DNA of 64,000 bases from Yuukianura sp. NJ FZ-2021 (lineage: Eukaryota), in contig CM102286.1 of assembly GCA_046563655.1 (NCBI GenBank), forward strand, positions 7,998,001 through 8,062,000, given 5' to 3'. Shown here in pieces: positions 12,923 through 25,600 of the stretch. The position numbers and the translations under genes are program-made. The notes beneath the pieces were generated by a model that saw nothing but the letters and a program-made list of their open reading frames with translations, was not told where the DNA came from and made no database searches. Every line of letters begins with the position of its first letter. The first letter of the stretch is position 1.

Positions 12923-13609
12923 TGTTGTAAGAATCCGCTCTAAGAATCGGCCGTGCTTGACCTTAGACCCTCTACTGAACTCTTATTGTTTTTCAAATTC
13001 CACAGGTTGTGGAACTCCCCATAGTCCGTCCGAAGCGGGAGCTTCTCCGATGATTTCTGATAGTGAAAAGTACTTTCACCTCGTCTTTGTATCTCTGCGG
13101 TGGGTGACAGGGAGTAACTACCGTCATAATCCTGGAAAGTTACCGCAATCCGCGCACACCCTTATTACAATTACTAAGTTAGTATATGGAAAAATAAGAA
13201 GGTCACTCCTCAAACGACTTGTCTGAAACAAGTTAGGAAGTATCAGGAATCGGATACTGACAATGAGTGGAAATGACTCATTGACGTCACTAGTGAATTA
13301 AGGCAGAAAATCTGAAGCAAACAACAACTTTTTCGGTTCCAGTCTGCAAAAGACTCTGTGAAAGTGGCACTAAACTTTATTTGAATAATTTGTCTTTATT
13401 AGCACCGTTTTACCTTGTTTTTGTCTTTTTAAAACTGGGTCACGCCAAAACTACGAGATATTATTGCTAAGTTTTGCAAACACGGAAAATCGTTGGATGG
13501 ATACTAGCACCGAAGGCATCCTCCTGAGGATGCATTATTGCTTGAAAACTTTTAAGTTTAAGTTCATAACTCAATAAACACAAGTCGAAGTGACAAATCA
13601 CGAAAACAA

Positions 13610-16600
13610 TTAGTCTTTGCCACTTGACAATTCATCGGCTTGTTTCCGGAAACAGTCTCCCACTGGGAAGAAGTCCCAGCACCTCTTCTGATACATGTTC
13701 CAAACGTAAGTTTCTTGCCCAGTGTACTCCGTGTCAGGTTTGTTGATCAAGTGCATTATGAAAAACCTGAAAATTTGATCAAGATAGTGTCATTTTCCGG
13801 CATTAATGTAACTGATTATTCCGATTTTGAATCAAGGACATGAATTTTACATGTAATTGGCCAAATTGTGCTCTTTGAGAACATGAGTTTCAAAGCCATG
13901 CGGCACAATATCCAGAAAATCTTTGTTCATCCCGCAAATGAAGCAGTTGGACTCCATATTTTCTTTGACACTTTCCAATTGATCTCTGAGTTCACCAAAG
14001 GCGTCGATAATCAAACCTGAAAATGCAAAAAGATGTCAAAATTTGATTTTGAAAGTATTTTTTGTTACTCAATTACCTTGAATGATGGCGAGTAGAATGA
14101 CAATGACAAAGAAGAAGAAAGTAATGTCGAAAATGATGCGGTAGACTTCGTACTCATCTCCATCAGGAGATTCAATTTCGTCACCAATCCCTCCACCGGC
14201 ACGAACGCCTTTGTACAAGTGAAACACGAAGCACTGGAAAGAACATTATGCAAAAAGACTTTGATTACCATAACTGGAATAAGGTTGAAACTCCCTCTGA
14301 TGACTACAATTAGTGAAAAATTGGTATGCTGTTACCGTAAGCATGTCATGACACTTTCTATCCACTTGCTCATCTTCCTCTTGCACATAAAATTTCCGGA
14401 AGAAGTTAAACGCAAAGACGGTGTAGATGTAGACGATGATAGTGAGCAGCATCACAGTCAGCATTAACTGTAAAGATTATTTGAAAAGCAATAGTAAATG
14501 GCAGGAAATTGTCAATAATTGAACCACACACTAATTTGTGAAATTCGTTTCTATAATGGCTAAAACACTCTTAAGGCTTATTTGAAATGAATTCACTTTG
14601 TACGTTTCGCTATTTCGACACATCGCTTTTGAAAGTTTTGAAACAACACTCTATTTTTTTTACCCAAAAGAGAAAGTTTTTAAAGGCAGAGCGGGGTAAT
14701 TCTCGTAAAAGTTCCCTGTTTTATCTAAATTCTTTGTAAAACTTATCTTTGCAATACAAGCTTAAAGTTTTGCAACATCATGGAAGAAGAAAATTATCGG
14801 AACAATTCTTTGCCTTTTTACAAAAAGTGTTTTTACTCTCTTGCTTGGGGAAAGTTTAAAATTTCAAAATGCAATATAAAAAGCGTTGTTGGACAGACGA
14901 AAAAAAAATATTTTTTTAAAAGATTATTTTAACAAAAAAGTGTTCGATAAGCTTACTTGTTTTCCGTTATGTGTTACGGATTGTAAAATCGTTTTCAGTG
15001 CTGGAACTGCAACGGCAATATCCAGGAGATGCGCGGCAAAGAAAAAGAAGTTGACTGTATTTCCAAAAACGGACATCCCAAAATACCACAAACTGTAGAG
15101 AAAGGCCTAAGAGAACAAAGTTTCCAAATTTTTATTTAAAAAAAAACACGAGAATGAAAAAATGTTTAGAAGAAAAAAATTAAACCTAACCTGGTCCATA
15201 AATGTCACACCCACTTTCCAAATTTGATAGCGCCAATCAATCGAGCAAATGCTGCAAAATTAAAAAAAAACACTCCGCCTTATATATTTATGCTAAATTG
15301 GAATTAATAATCGGTTGACTCTCAAATGTCGCCGTGCGTCGCTTACTAATTGACGATTCCTTCCTCCTGTTGCTCTTGCATTCGAAACGACGTCTTTTCC
15401 ATTCCAAGCAACGTACTTATGGAGTCAAAGTCATACGCTTCGCTGTATCTTTGTCTAACTTTCTTCTTGACAAATTTATCCCAGTAGTTGACAGGAAAGC
15501 ACTTGGCGGATATCACGAGTCGGTCCCACATTCCGTTAAAACCGCCATCAGTTGGTTGCTCAACGATGTACAGACCTTCAAATTCCAGCTTCCTGGCAAT
15601 TTCCTTTTCCCGCTTGAAGATGGCTAATGGCACCTATGGGACATACGAGTTTTGGGAATCAAAAGTCAATTTCCGAACTGAAGCGAAGGCGTTTTAAGAA
15701 TACTGAAACTTCGTTTCGTGAAGGTGTGAATTAAATTTACCTTCAAATGGTAGTATGCAACCAGCATTGCCAGGGATACAATTGAATGAATAATGGCCAA
15801 TATCCGTATGGTGGGAGCCAAATAAAACAACTTTTCATCCATATGAACCAGTTCCGGAGCGTCTTCATCCCCATCTCCGTCGTCTTCGCCTATTCCAGAT
15901 CCTTCGAGGTCCATGCCCCCTGACCCCTCAAATCCTGAACCTTCTTCACCATCCTCATCTAAGCCTTCAGCTAGTGAAGTTGCTTTGAAGAACAGCAGCA
16001 TGAAGTTGATCACAAATGCCAAGACGAGGGCGACAATTTTGAGGTTATAGAAGTTTCGGGCCAAGAAACTAACGAGTTGCTTCACATATTCTCCAAAGTT
16101 AATCTAAGAATTACATATAAAAAGTGTGAATTAACTAAAAATTAAAATTTAAATATTTAAACATTTTAAAATTTAAACGTAAATTGCTCTAATTCTAGTA
16201 AATTTTAGTATCTACGTTACAAAGTTTTAGAATACCGAGTCGATAAACATCGCAATCCTGACAATCGTTCGTGAAATCGACCGTAAAAGCAGCTTGCGAT
16301 TAAGTTAAATAGATTATTTAGCACGTCATAATCATATTCATGCCATTTTGGTTACAAGCATCTGAACGTTCCGCGGAAACAGTCATTTTTTAAAATTATT
16401 AAGAATGCATTAGGTCAAACCTGCGACACTGCTGGTGGTTCCTCGGCAACTTGCGACGCTTTGGCTTCGTCCAGAGCCTTTTGTGCCGATTCCTGTGGCG
16501 ACGGTGATTCCTGTGGACGAAATTCGCTGTGTACAACAACGGCTTGGCTCTTGGACATCACAGTCGGTGTCTCAGGTCCTTCCGTTTTCCCGCCATGCGC

Positions 16601-19600
16601 AGTTCCCTCATCTTCACCACTAGTTTCGCCACCACTTCGTTCCGCTCCACTTGATTCCGGACTTCCTGGGACAGACTCGTGCGGTGTAGCAGGATTGTTC
16701 TGAGAATTTGGATCGAAGAGTTCGAGTTGTTGTCGTGCAGGATCCTTTGCCTCTTCCGTTGAACCTGGGAGAGGCACTTTCAGAGGCGTCATTTTGGTCG
16801 GCGTATCCAACGTTTCCGCTACTTCAACTTTCTCTTGAGCCGGACCTCGCATCAGATTAATTAGAGCTCGGAACAAGTATCTGACCAAAACCACAAACAA
16901 TTGACTTATAATGTGCCAGCAATATCTAATTTGTTCACAGATTTTGTAATTTTCAGGACTTCTTGACCCGTGCCGTACCTTATGACATAGCCTATGCTGT
17001 ATATTCCATAGTAGAATCCGTAGAACATAATCTTCAAAAAGCCGGTAATGAGCTCTGGAGTAGACATTTGTTGAAGTTCGCGCATCTTTCTTTTTATGTT
17101 GGCAGGCGACAGGATTGCAAACAAGTAGCGAACATTTTCTTTCATCGAAGAGAAAGTCTGCTTCACTAGATTTCCCCTGAGAAAATCCGCAAAAATTCAT
17201 TCGTTAAAAATACTAGGAAAAATTTGTAAAACAGCAAAATAATCTAACTATTTTGTACAAATTAGATTTAAAACAACAATATAAAAAGCACAATAAAAAT
17301 TAGTGCAAGTTTGTCTAAGGTAAAACGAAAGCTATTTTGAACAAACGTCTCACCTTTGTGACCACGTGAGGTTACCACTATTTTCACTACAAAAGACAAA
17401 CAGACAAAACATCTAAAAAATCTAACAGTTGAAACGTCACAACAAAAATCGGAAATCGAAAAATCACATCAGTTGAATTTGACAAACAGAATTTTCTTTT
17501 TTTAGAAAACATGTTTGAAGATTTGTACTTTTCCTGATCGTCATCCAGATTCAATTGATAGGCAGCTTCACGAGCTTTCCCGCTTCCACTACTTTCTTCT
17601 GTCGCCATCAACCCACTTGCATGTTGCATTTCAAAAATAGCGTCTTCACAGAAATTGACAAAAGCCTCCAATTTCTCTTTGTCTCCACCTTCGGTAACAA
17701 TGGAGTAAAAGAAGGCACGTTTCGATTCCTAGAAGATTCAAAACTTCAAACTACTTTTAGATCAAAAAGGAATTTTGTAATACTTTTTACCTTGATTTGA
17801 GGTTTTTCCCATTGTTCAATGTTAGACTCCTTGATTTCAAAGTAAACCCGTTCAATCTTGTGGCTTCCGCCCATTATTTCAATTCTTCCCAGAAACGGTT
17901 CAAAGTAATTCAAAACACTTCCAGCCGTTTCTAGAAACCGCGCGAGTCTGGAAAAAAAAGGCGCAATAATTTAGTTTACGCGCTCATGGACTACTTCTAG
18001 GAAATCTCCTTGTCTATCACATCATGTCTGCAACGCAAAAGTTTTACATAATCCATGTATAATGAGACATGGATTTGTATATTAATACGAAGACATCCTC
18101 CATCATGGTTACGCCCTCTTATAAGACCTTATTTTCAAACTTTTTGCAATTACTTTACACAAAGTTTAACAAATCCATTTTCCGCGAACTAACCTGGGTT
18201 CGTTTGGCATATGTTCAGACAGGTTGGTTAGAAGAACGGCCAAGTTGAAGCCAATATCCTTCGCAGGGTTATGAAACCTCTCGGTAAATTCTACATAGTC
18301 AATCTTTCCGTCGTGATTTGTGTCACAACACATGAGGAGAAAGTTGATTTCTTCCCTGTAAAAGTCATTAAAAGTTTTAAAAACATAAAATAACTGAAAA
18401 GTTTCCTTTTTATGTAAAATATTAAATATTACGCCGTGTAGTTTTTGAACTGTTCCATTTTTTCTTTGAACTCTCTTGGAGTTATCCAACCGTCCTTATT
18501 GATATCCATTTCCTATTTTAAATGAATTCAACTTATAAACTGCAAAATTTTTTGTAGGACAGTAACAAGTTAATAAAATAAATCAAAAAATAAAAACGAA
18601 AATAAAACCTGGAACGTTGCCGATGATGTCAAATCCTTCAGCTTCAAAAACATATCGAAATAGCGCAGAATAATCTAAAAAAACAAATTGTGAAAACAAA
18701 TCATAAAGTGACGACAAGCAAAATTAGGCAAGTTGCAACTAAAACTGAATAGATCTGTGACATTAAACATCCATAACAACTTTCTCCATACCCGAAATGC
18801 ACTACTCGATGTCAATGCTTTCAATTTTAGAGAAGTTTGAATAAACCTCAAAATTCTCTTTAGCAGCAGTTGAATTTAAATTTTAAATACTTGTCAATTA
18901 ACTTCATTCCAACTAATGTTGAAAATTGTCGAATTACCTCTACATTAGATGCGGATTCCACTAGGGTGTCCACCATTTGCTTGCCAATTGTTCCGTTAAT
19001 TACGTTTCCTAATTAAAACCGATCCAGATTTACGAAATTTCGATTGAATCGTAAAGCGTAATGGAATTGAACAAAATCCTTCATATATGTACCATTTTTT
19101 ACCTTCTAACATTGACAGCATCATGATGACCATGTCTTTCTGTAAATTGAGCAACTCCTTCAGAAGATCCACTTGACTGGAATTCTTGGACAATTTGGCT
19201 TGCATGTGAGCAAACAAAAACAGGAATCCTCCAACAGCATCCCACAATCTGATCAAAACAATTTTCTCAAAATGTGCTCAAAATGTGTTTTAAATTGTTT
19301 AACTTTCACATGACAGTTGCAAATTTTGAACAGTTTTGACATGTTACCGAGAATGTGCAAGTGCCTGTTGATTTTGCGTGCAGGGCCCTTGAATTACTTC
19401 TGTGAGGGTATTGAACACTTGACTGGCGACACCAATTGCTTTGAAGAAATTTGCTTTCCCAGCAGGGTCAATCAGCTCTTTGCTGGAGTAGTGCCAGTAA
19501 AAGTCCATGATGGATTCCTGGCACCAAAATCAAATTCAGTCGAAAATTAAAAGTCTAAAACTTCAATGTTATATTTGAAGTTTTCAAAATTTGAAAGTTA

Positions 19601-22600
19601 GAACTGCGCATGGTAGAGGGCTACCTGTAATCGTAGCAAGTAATCCACAGTGCAAATTACGACATTGACTGTTGTCGTATTTCCCGCTTGAGTTCGCAAG
19701 TAATTCTGCCAATCTAAAAAAAAAAGCTCATTTTGTCACTCTTCAATTGAAAACTGATTTTCATGTTTGTTTTGAACTGAAATTACCCAAGTTGTGCCCT
19801 TCACAAGTGAGTTGAATAAACCTGAATAGTGCACATGTAAATTCAGCATCGTGCATATTCTTTTCACCAGCAGCTCCTTCTGCTCCAACACCAAGTCCTT
19901 CTGCTTTCGTATTCCTTTCAAAGGCATCCAAATCCAAAACGCTGCAAGAGTTCATCAGACCGGCAATTGATGTAAAAAACCCAACTTCCTTTTTCTCTTT
20001 CAAATGATTGAGCATTCCCTGGAAGAATTATGCATTTAAAAATACAATAACAAAATTTCATTACAGAATGCTTGAGAATTCCAGGAGGTAAATAATTTTT
20101 TGTTACCATTTGGACATCAATATTTCCACCGCGCAGAATCGCAATTCCAAGTTCAAGTGTTTTCATGACCATGTCGGAGTTGACGCCTTTGCAAGCTGAA
20201 ATGTGCAGCAAAACCATTTCTGCCACGCCGCGATTTGCCAGTCGTGCTTGATGGAACAACAGTTTCTGCTTTTCCATTTCTTGTTCCTGAAATCATATTG
20301 TTTTGACTTGACATTAAAATTGGATAAAATCAAGTGAAAATTGTTTTACCATCATCTTTGTCATACTATGCTGCATGTGAAGCAAATAATTAGGTTGCAG
20401 TTAATTGTATTGTTATGTTAAATTCAATCACTCAAGTTCAATCTGTTTTGGAGAATTTGAAATCGCAACGAATGATTACATGAATAGACGCTCCCCCTTC
20501 ATCCCCCTCTCCTTCGGCCTCTTCATCCCCTTCCTCTTCTTCTTCGCCACAAGATTTGGCCATAACTTCCGCATAGCACATGTACAGTAGATCCTCTTGC
20601 AAAGCTCCACTGCGTTCTAAAATTAATTAAAACTTAATTAGTCTTAGTCAATGAACCGTAAATACTCGCTCTCACCTGTCATGGCTCCGCGACAGAACGT
20701 TGTTACGAGTTGCGTCACGGGATCAGGCTTGCCTTCCTCTTCCTCCGCCTCTTTTTTCTTCAACTCCGAGTCTTCAAAGGATTGCTACGAAAAAAGTAAC
20801 TCTTAAAGTTTTAAACATTTAGTACTTGATTTATTATTGAAAATTAAGCAGTGGTGTGATGCAATAAGTTATCATAGCGGGACTTACTGTCAGATCTTCT
20901 ATCATGACCTCTTGACCCACATTTTCATCGCCCAACCAAATTTCTCGATATGTACGCAAAAATAGATTGATAGCTCGGTGCCTACGGTAAAAATAAAGTA
21001 ATGTTACGGTATTTTGTGGCTATAACAAGAAACTGTTTAATCTGAAAAGAGTTAAGTAATGAAAAGATTTTAAACGCAATCAGTTAATACAGTACTGTTA
21101 GTTAGATATTAAAATTTACCGTCGTAAAGTGTAATATGGCGTACAAAAGAAACATGCCAAAGCGGCACGTCGTCGAGCACAGGACAAAATTTTTCTCCAA
21201 CCGCTTCGAGCTTTAGGACGATTTTCAGCCTGTTAAAGCGGAAGTTAGCTTTTCACACAATTTGACAAATTCCTAATAGTTAATTTTCAATTAAGAGTTA
21301 TTATTATGTTATTCGTTAATTTGTATTATTTATGTAATTCTATCAAGCATACCAAACCAAACAATACCAAAACTAAAAAAACAGAAAAACAATACAAGTA
21401 AAGAATACCTGTGCATAGAATGGAGGGAGGTTTGTCGAAAACCTATATAATAAATTAAATAATTAACTTAACGGTGAACAAAATATTTAACTAATAAAGG
21501 GGAATTCCTCACATTGGATTACTGCCTTTTTTCTTTGAGAGGATACGACGGAGCGATAAGCGCCTTTTTGTTGCTGTTGAGGATGATCAATCTGGGTCAA
21601 AACAAAATCAAAATTGAAACAAAAACGAACAAATAATCTAAGAAACTGGCGACTGGGAAGTTAGTGCAATTGAAATTACCATGTGAAGGCCAAAGAGTAC
21701 TTTGGCCATTGCCACAATCCGATCCACTAGCTCGTCCAGAAGTTGTTGTTTGGTCATGTTGACATTAGGTTGTTTAAGATTAATATCGTTTTCTTCCGCT
21801 GGTGACTTTTTACTTCCCAATTTAGAATAAAGGTGATGCTGCCAAGACATGGCGTCAGAAGGATCGATTTTATCCGGAAGTGTGAGCTGCGTCTTTGCAA
21901 AGTCAACGATTTCTGACTCCATCATTTTCTGTCAGCAAGTTTCAAGTAACATTTTAAAAGTTGTTTAATGGAATTCAAATATCATAAATTCTGAAATTTA
22001 CTTTGAGATATCGATCTTTGCAGTGCTGAACAAGTTCCTGCTCTCTTCCAGCAAATAAGTTTAAGCCAACTGGAAGAAGACGCTTTAGAGACGCAACCAT
22101 GAGACTGGACGCAAGCTCTTTATCCTTGTCTCTTTTCTTGTCCCGATGTTTCTTCTTCTTGATCTGTATAAAATATTATAAGTAGTATGAATTAATATAG
22201 TTATTTCACAATTACAATTATTAACTTTATAGATAAGTACCTTTCCGCCGGTTTGATTTTGAGCGGCGTCAGAAATCACAGCTCTCCTAGATGACGTTGG
22301 CATAATGAGAGCCATGTTGTCAATTTCATGAGCCGAAATAAAGTTAGTTTCTTCTTTGCGGAAAAACTAAGTTAAAATATTACACGCAGAATTAATATTT
22401 TCAAAATACTCGTTGCATAAGTATTTATGACCATTTTTGCCAGACCTGTGATTTTGACCAAAGGTTAAACATTTCTGCAACATGGTTGTACAAATGTTCG
22501 GCTTCACTTGTGTTATGTTTTAGCCAATTGTTCCTCTGAAGATCCACATATTTAATTAGGAGAGGGTAGAAGGCATAAATATCTCGGACAAGAAGTTGCC

Positions 22601-25600
22601 ACTCTTCTTGGATTTGACTCTCGACCTAAAACACCACAGAAAATATTTCACACTAGCTTGCAAGTTTGAAAATTCGGTTTTAAAAAGTACCTGCGAGGTA
22701 TCTTCCGTAGTGGATTTGAGAAATCCCTTGAGGGACTCTTCCTTATGAAACATTAAATCAGTCTTTTTGCGAAGTTTTTCAGCTACTGGTAGGAAGACAT
22801 CTTTGAGGAGTTCCTCTGATGAGCAAATTATAATCTGTTGTGTGTAGGCCGCTATTCGGGTCATCCAGGGTGCATTCTCGTTTCCAATATTTGTTCGAAT
22901 CAGGTTCAGAACATGTTTCAGGAGACAGTTCATATGACTTGCAGTAACCAGCGATACATACCCGCTTTTGCAATAAACAAAAATTAATAAGCTTAACTTA
23001 AGTTAGGGTTTGGTGCTACAATCATGTTTTTTAAACATACTCCTGAGCCACGTTCGTAGCATTGTCTGGGCCTTGACTCCACCAAAATGGTAGATATGAA
23101 CATAGCATAGGAAGAGCAATGTCAATGATATGAGGAACTTCGTTGTGGGTTTTTCCGGACAGCACAAATTGTTCAACTTCGGAAATGATTGCATCCAAAG
23201 TCGGCATGTTACCGCCCAATCGCTGCATTACATCTGTATATCAAAAGTTTGACAATTAATTCGTGTATGAAATTTTTTGAAATTGCATTTGGAAATACAG
23301 ACCAGTTCCTGCGGCAGGATCTTGAAGCTTATGATGCAATGAATGAGGATTGTTTTTGTTCTGTCCTGGTTCTAGGTATGCAATTGGAAATGTCGATGCA
23401 AAGGCTCCAATGCAGCTTCCGACTTGCGGTCGATAGCGATCAATTTCCTGTCGCACATACTTCCTATTCCTCGAAAGCGTCATATCAGTTCCCAAAGTGT
23501 ACAAGCTGGACAGCATTTTGTAACTGGCCACTTGAAGGTCATCGACTGTAAATGTGTTTAAAGGAAACAAGTTTTTAAGTAGAAATATTTCAAATGTGTT
23601 TTAACTTGGTTACTTTCTTACGAATAATGTCACTGCCAAATTCGTAGGCCGCCAAATGGTCGAACAGGGCCGTCAAAATGGGAAGCACGACTGTGTGAAC
23701 GTAGTTGAGTGAGCTTGACGTTTTTAGATGAGTTCCACGGAGATGCGGGTATTTTCGTTCTTGTAAGTTACTAATAGTGTGGCCTAAATCTTCTGCACAG
23801 TTGTTGAAGAAAGCCAGCATGGAAGTACGGATAAATTCTGGAGAACTCTTGACAATGGATCTGTAATAATTAAATATTCAACTAAAATTTAATACAAATT
23901 TGGTAAGTAATATTGAATTATGTCATGTTTAAAATTAAACTAATACCTCGCATCAAACGATTTCATAAGAACCTGGAGACAAGTGACAGTAATTTTCACG
24001 TCGCTTCCGAACGCCGAAAATTTAGTACGCAACAAGGATGCCAAACGACAGAACAAGCTGCAAATGAATTTTTATCGTTAAACTTTTCTTATCTACTAAA
24101 TTTACTGAATATCAGTTACCTAGCAACCATTTCCTTTTCTCGTAACGAAGCAGCACCACTTGAAGACAGTGCCGTTGCGACTGCCATAAAATAACCCTTG
24201 TGTGTTGTAAAATATTTTTCAAGTAACGGAAGTACTACCTGGAATTAAGAAAATGTTGAAATACTTCATCTGCTTCATGTTTGAAGTAGTAGAACGCACC
24301 TTTGTAAAAAATTTAACATCTCGAGTTGTATTTTTGAAACTGCCGCGCCGGCTGTATGTGGAAGACGGCTTCATCATTTTCATATTAACCGAGGCAATAT
24401 CCAAGTACTGGATGAGTTTCTCCAGCAAGCTAAAAGCAAATCGACGCTCCACTGTTGCCGCGGTTACTGTCGTTTGATCCAAGTCCATTGGTTGAGTTTT
24501 AGCTACACGGTACATGTTGTACCCCTGATACTGGATGTACTTGAGCAGTTCTTGGCAACGCTCTCTGTCCTTCTTTTTCTCTTTGTCTGTCAGCAAGTCG
24601 TACGGAACTAGTTGAGGGTGAGGACTGCCACCTTCAAAATTAAAAAGAAAATCTCACTAAAAATTTTGGAAAAAAATCAAAATAGTTAAAAATACTGTAC
24701 CAGTTGACTCGATTTCTTCTTTTCTTTTCTTGGCCCAGAGGTCATGAGCATTTTCAGCCAGTCTTTCAGCCATATTCTGCATTTCACGACTCAGCGTCAA
24801 GTTGGTCATGTCAACCGGGTTTGGATTATAATTGAATGGCGTACTTCGGGTATCTCCTCCCTATAGTTAGAAGTTAATTAAAATTCAATTTGTTACTTTC
24901 AGTCGCAGTTACTATATTAGCAACAATACAGAATTTACATACAATGCTGGATTTTGAACCGCGGCGACCATTTCTGTTGGCACTATTCATATCCGAGTCG
25001 CCATGTTGAATCGTCCAATTTAGAGCCAATAAAGCTTTGACTGAATCTCGAATTGGCTCCTTGTACCTTTCCTTTTCCTATTCAATAAAATTTAACGTTA
25101 TAGATTGAGGATTTGAAATTTGGTGGTAAAAATTTTAGAATTTGGTGGCTGAGTTACGTAATCTGTGAGCATGTGGTAAGGCTTCAGACGGGGATGGATC
25201 TTGTCGTTCCAGGTGTACTGCTCTCCAAATTGCCAACCGTTGTCCAATTTACGCCCTGCCCATGCGTCATGGTAATGTTCCGAGAACTTTTGAATCAGCA
25301 TGTTCAAATCTTGTGTAATTTGTACTCTGTGGAAAACACAAAAACCCCAACTGTTTAATATGTTCCTACATGCAGATTTAAAATGCTTCAACAATTTTTA
25401 CGCATTGGTTTCAATTGGTTCTGGTTGGTATGGTCCACCGGAATCGGAAACAGACGCTTTGATAACTTCGTCGTCCCCACCGGCAGATAAGCTGTAGTCA
25501 GGAGGTAGAGCACAACCAATCGCACTAAGGCATGGAAGAGCTTTTCCAAACAGTTCTGGATCGTATTCCTAAACAGTACACCAAACAAAAATGAAATCTA

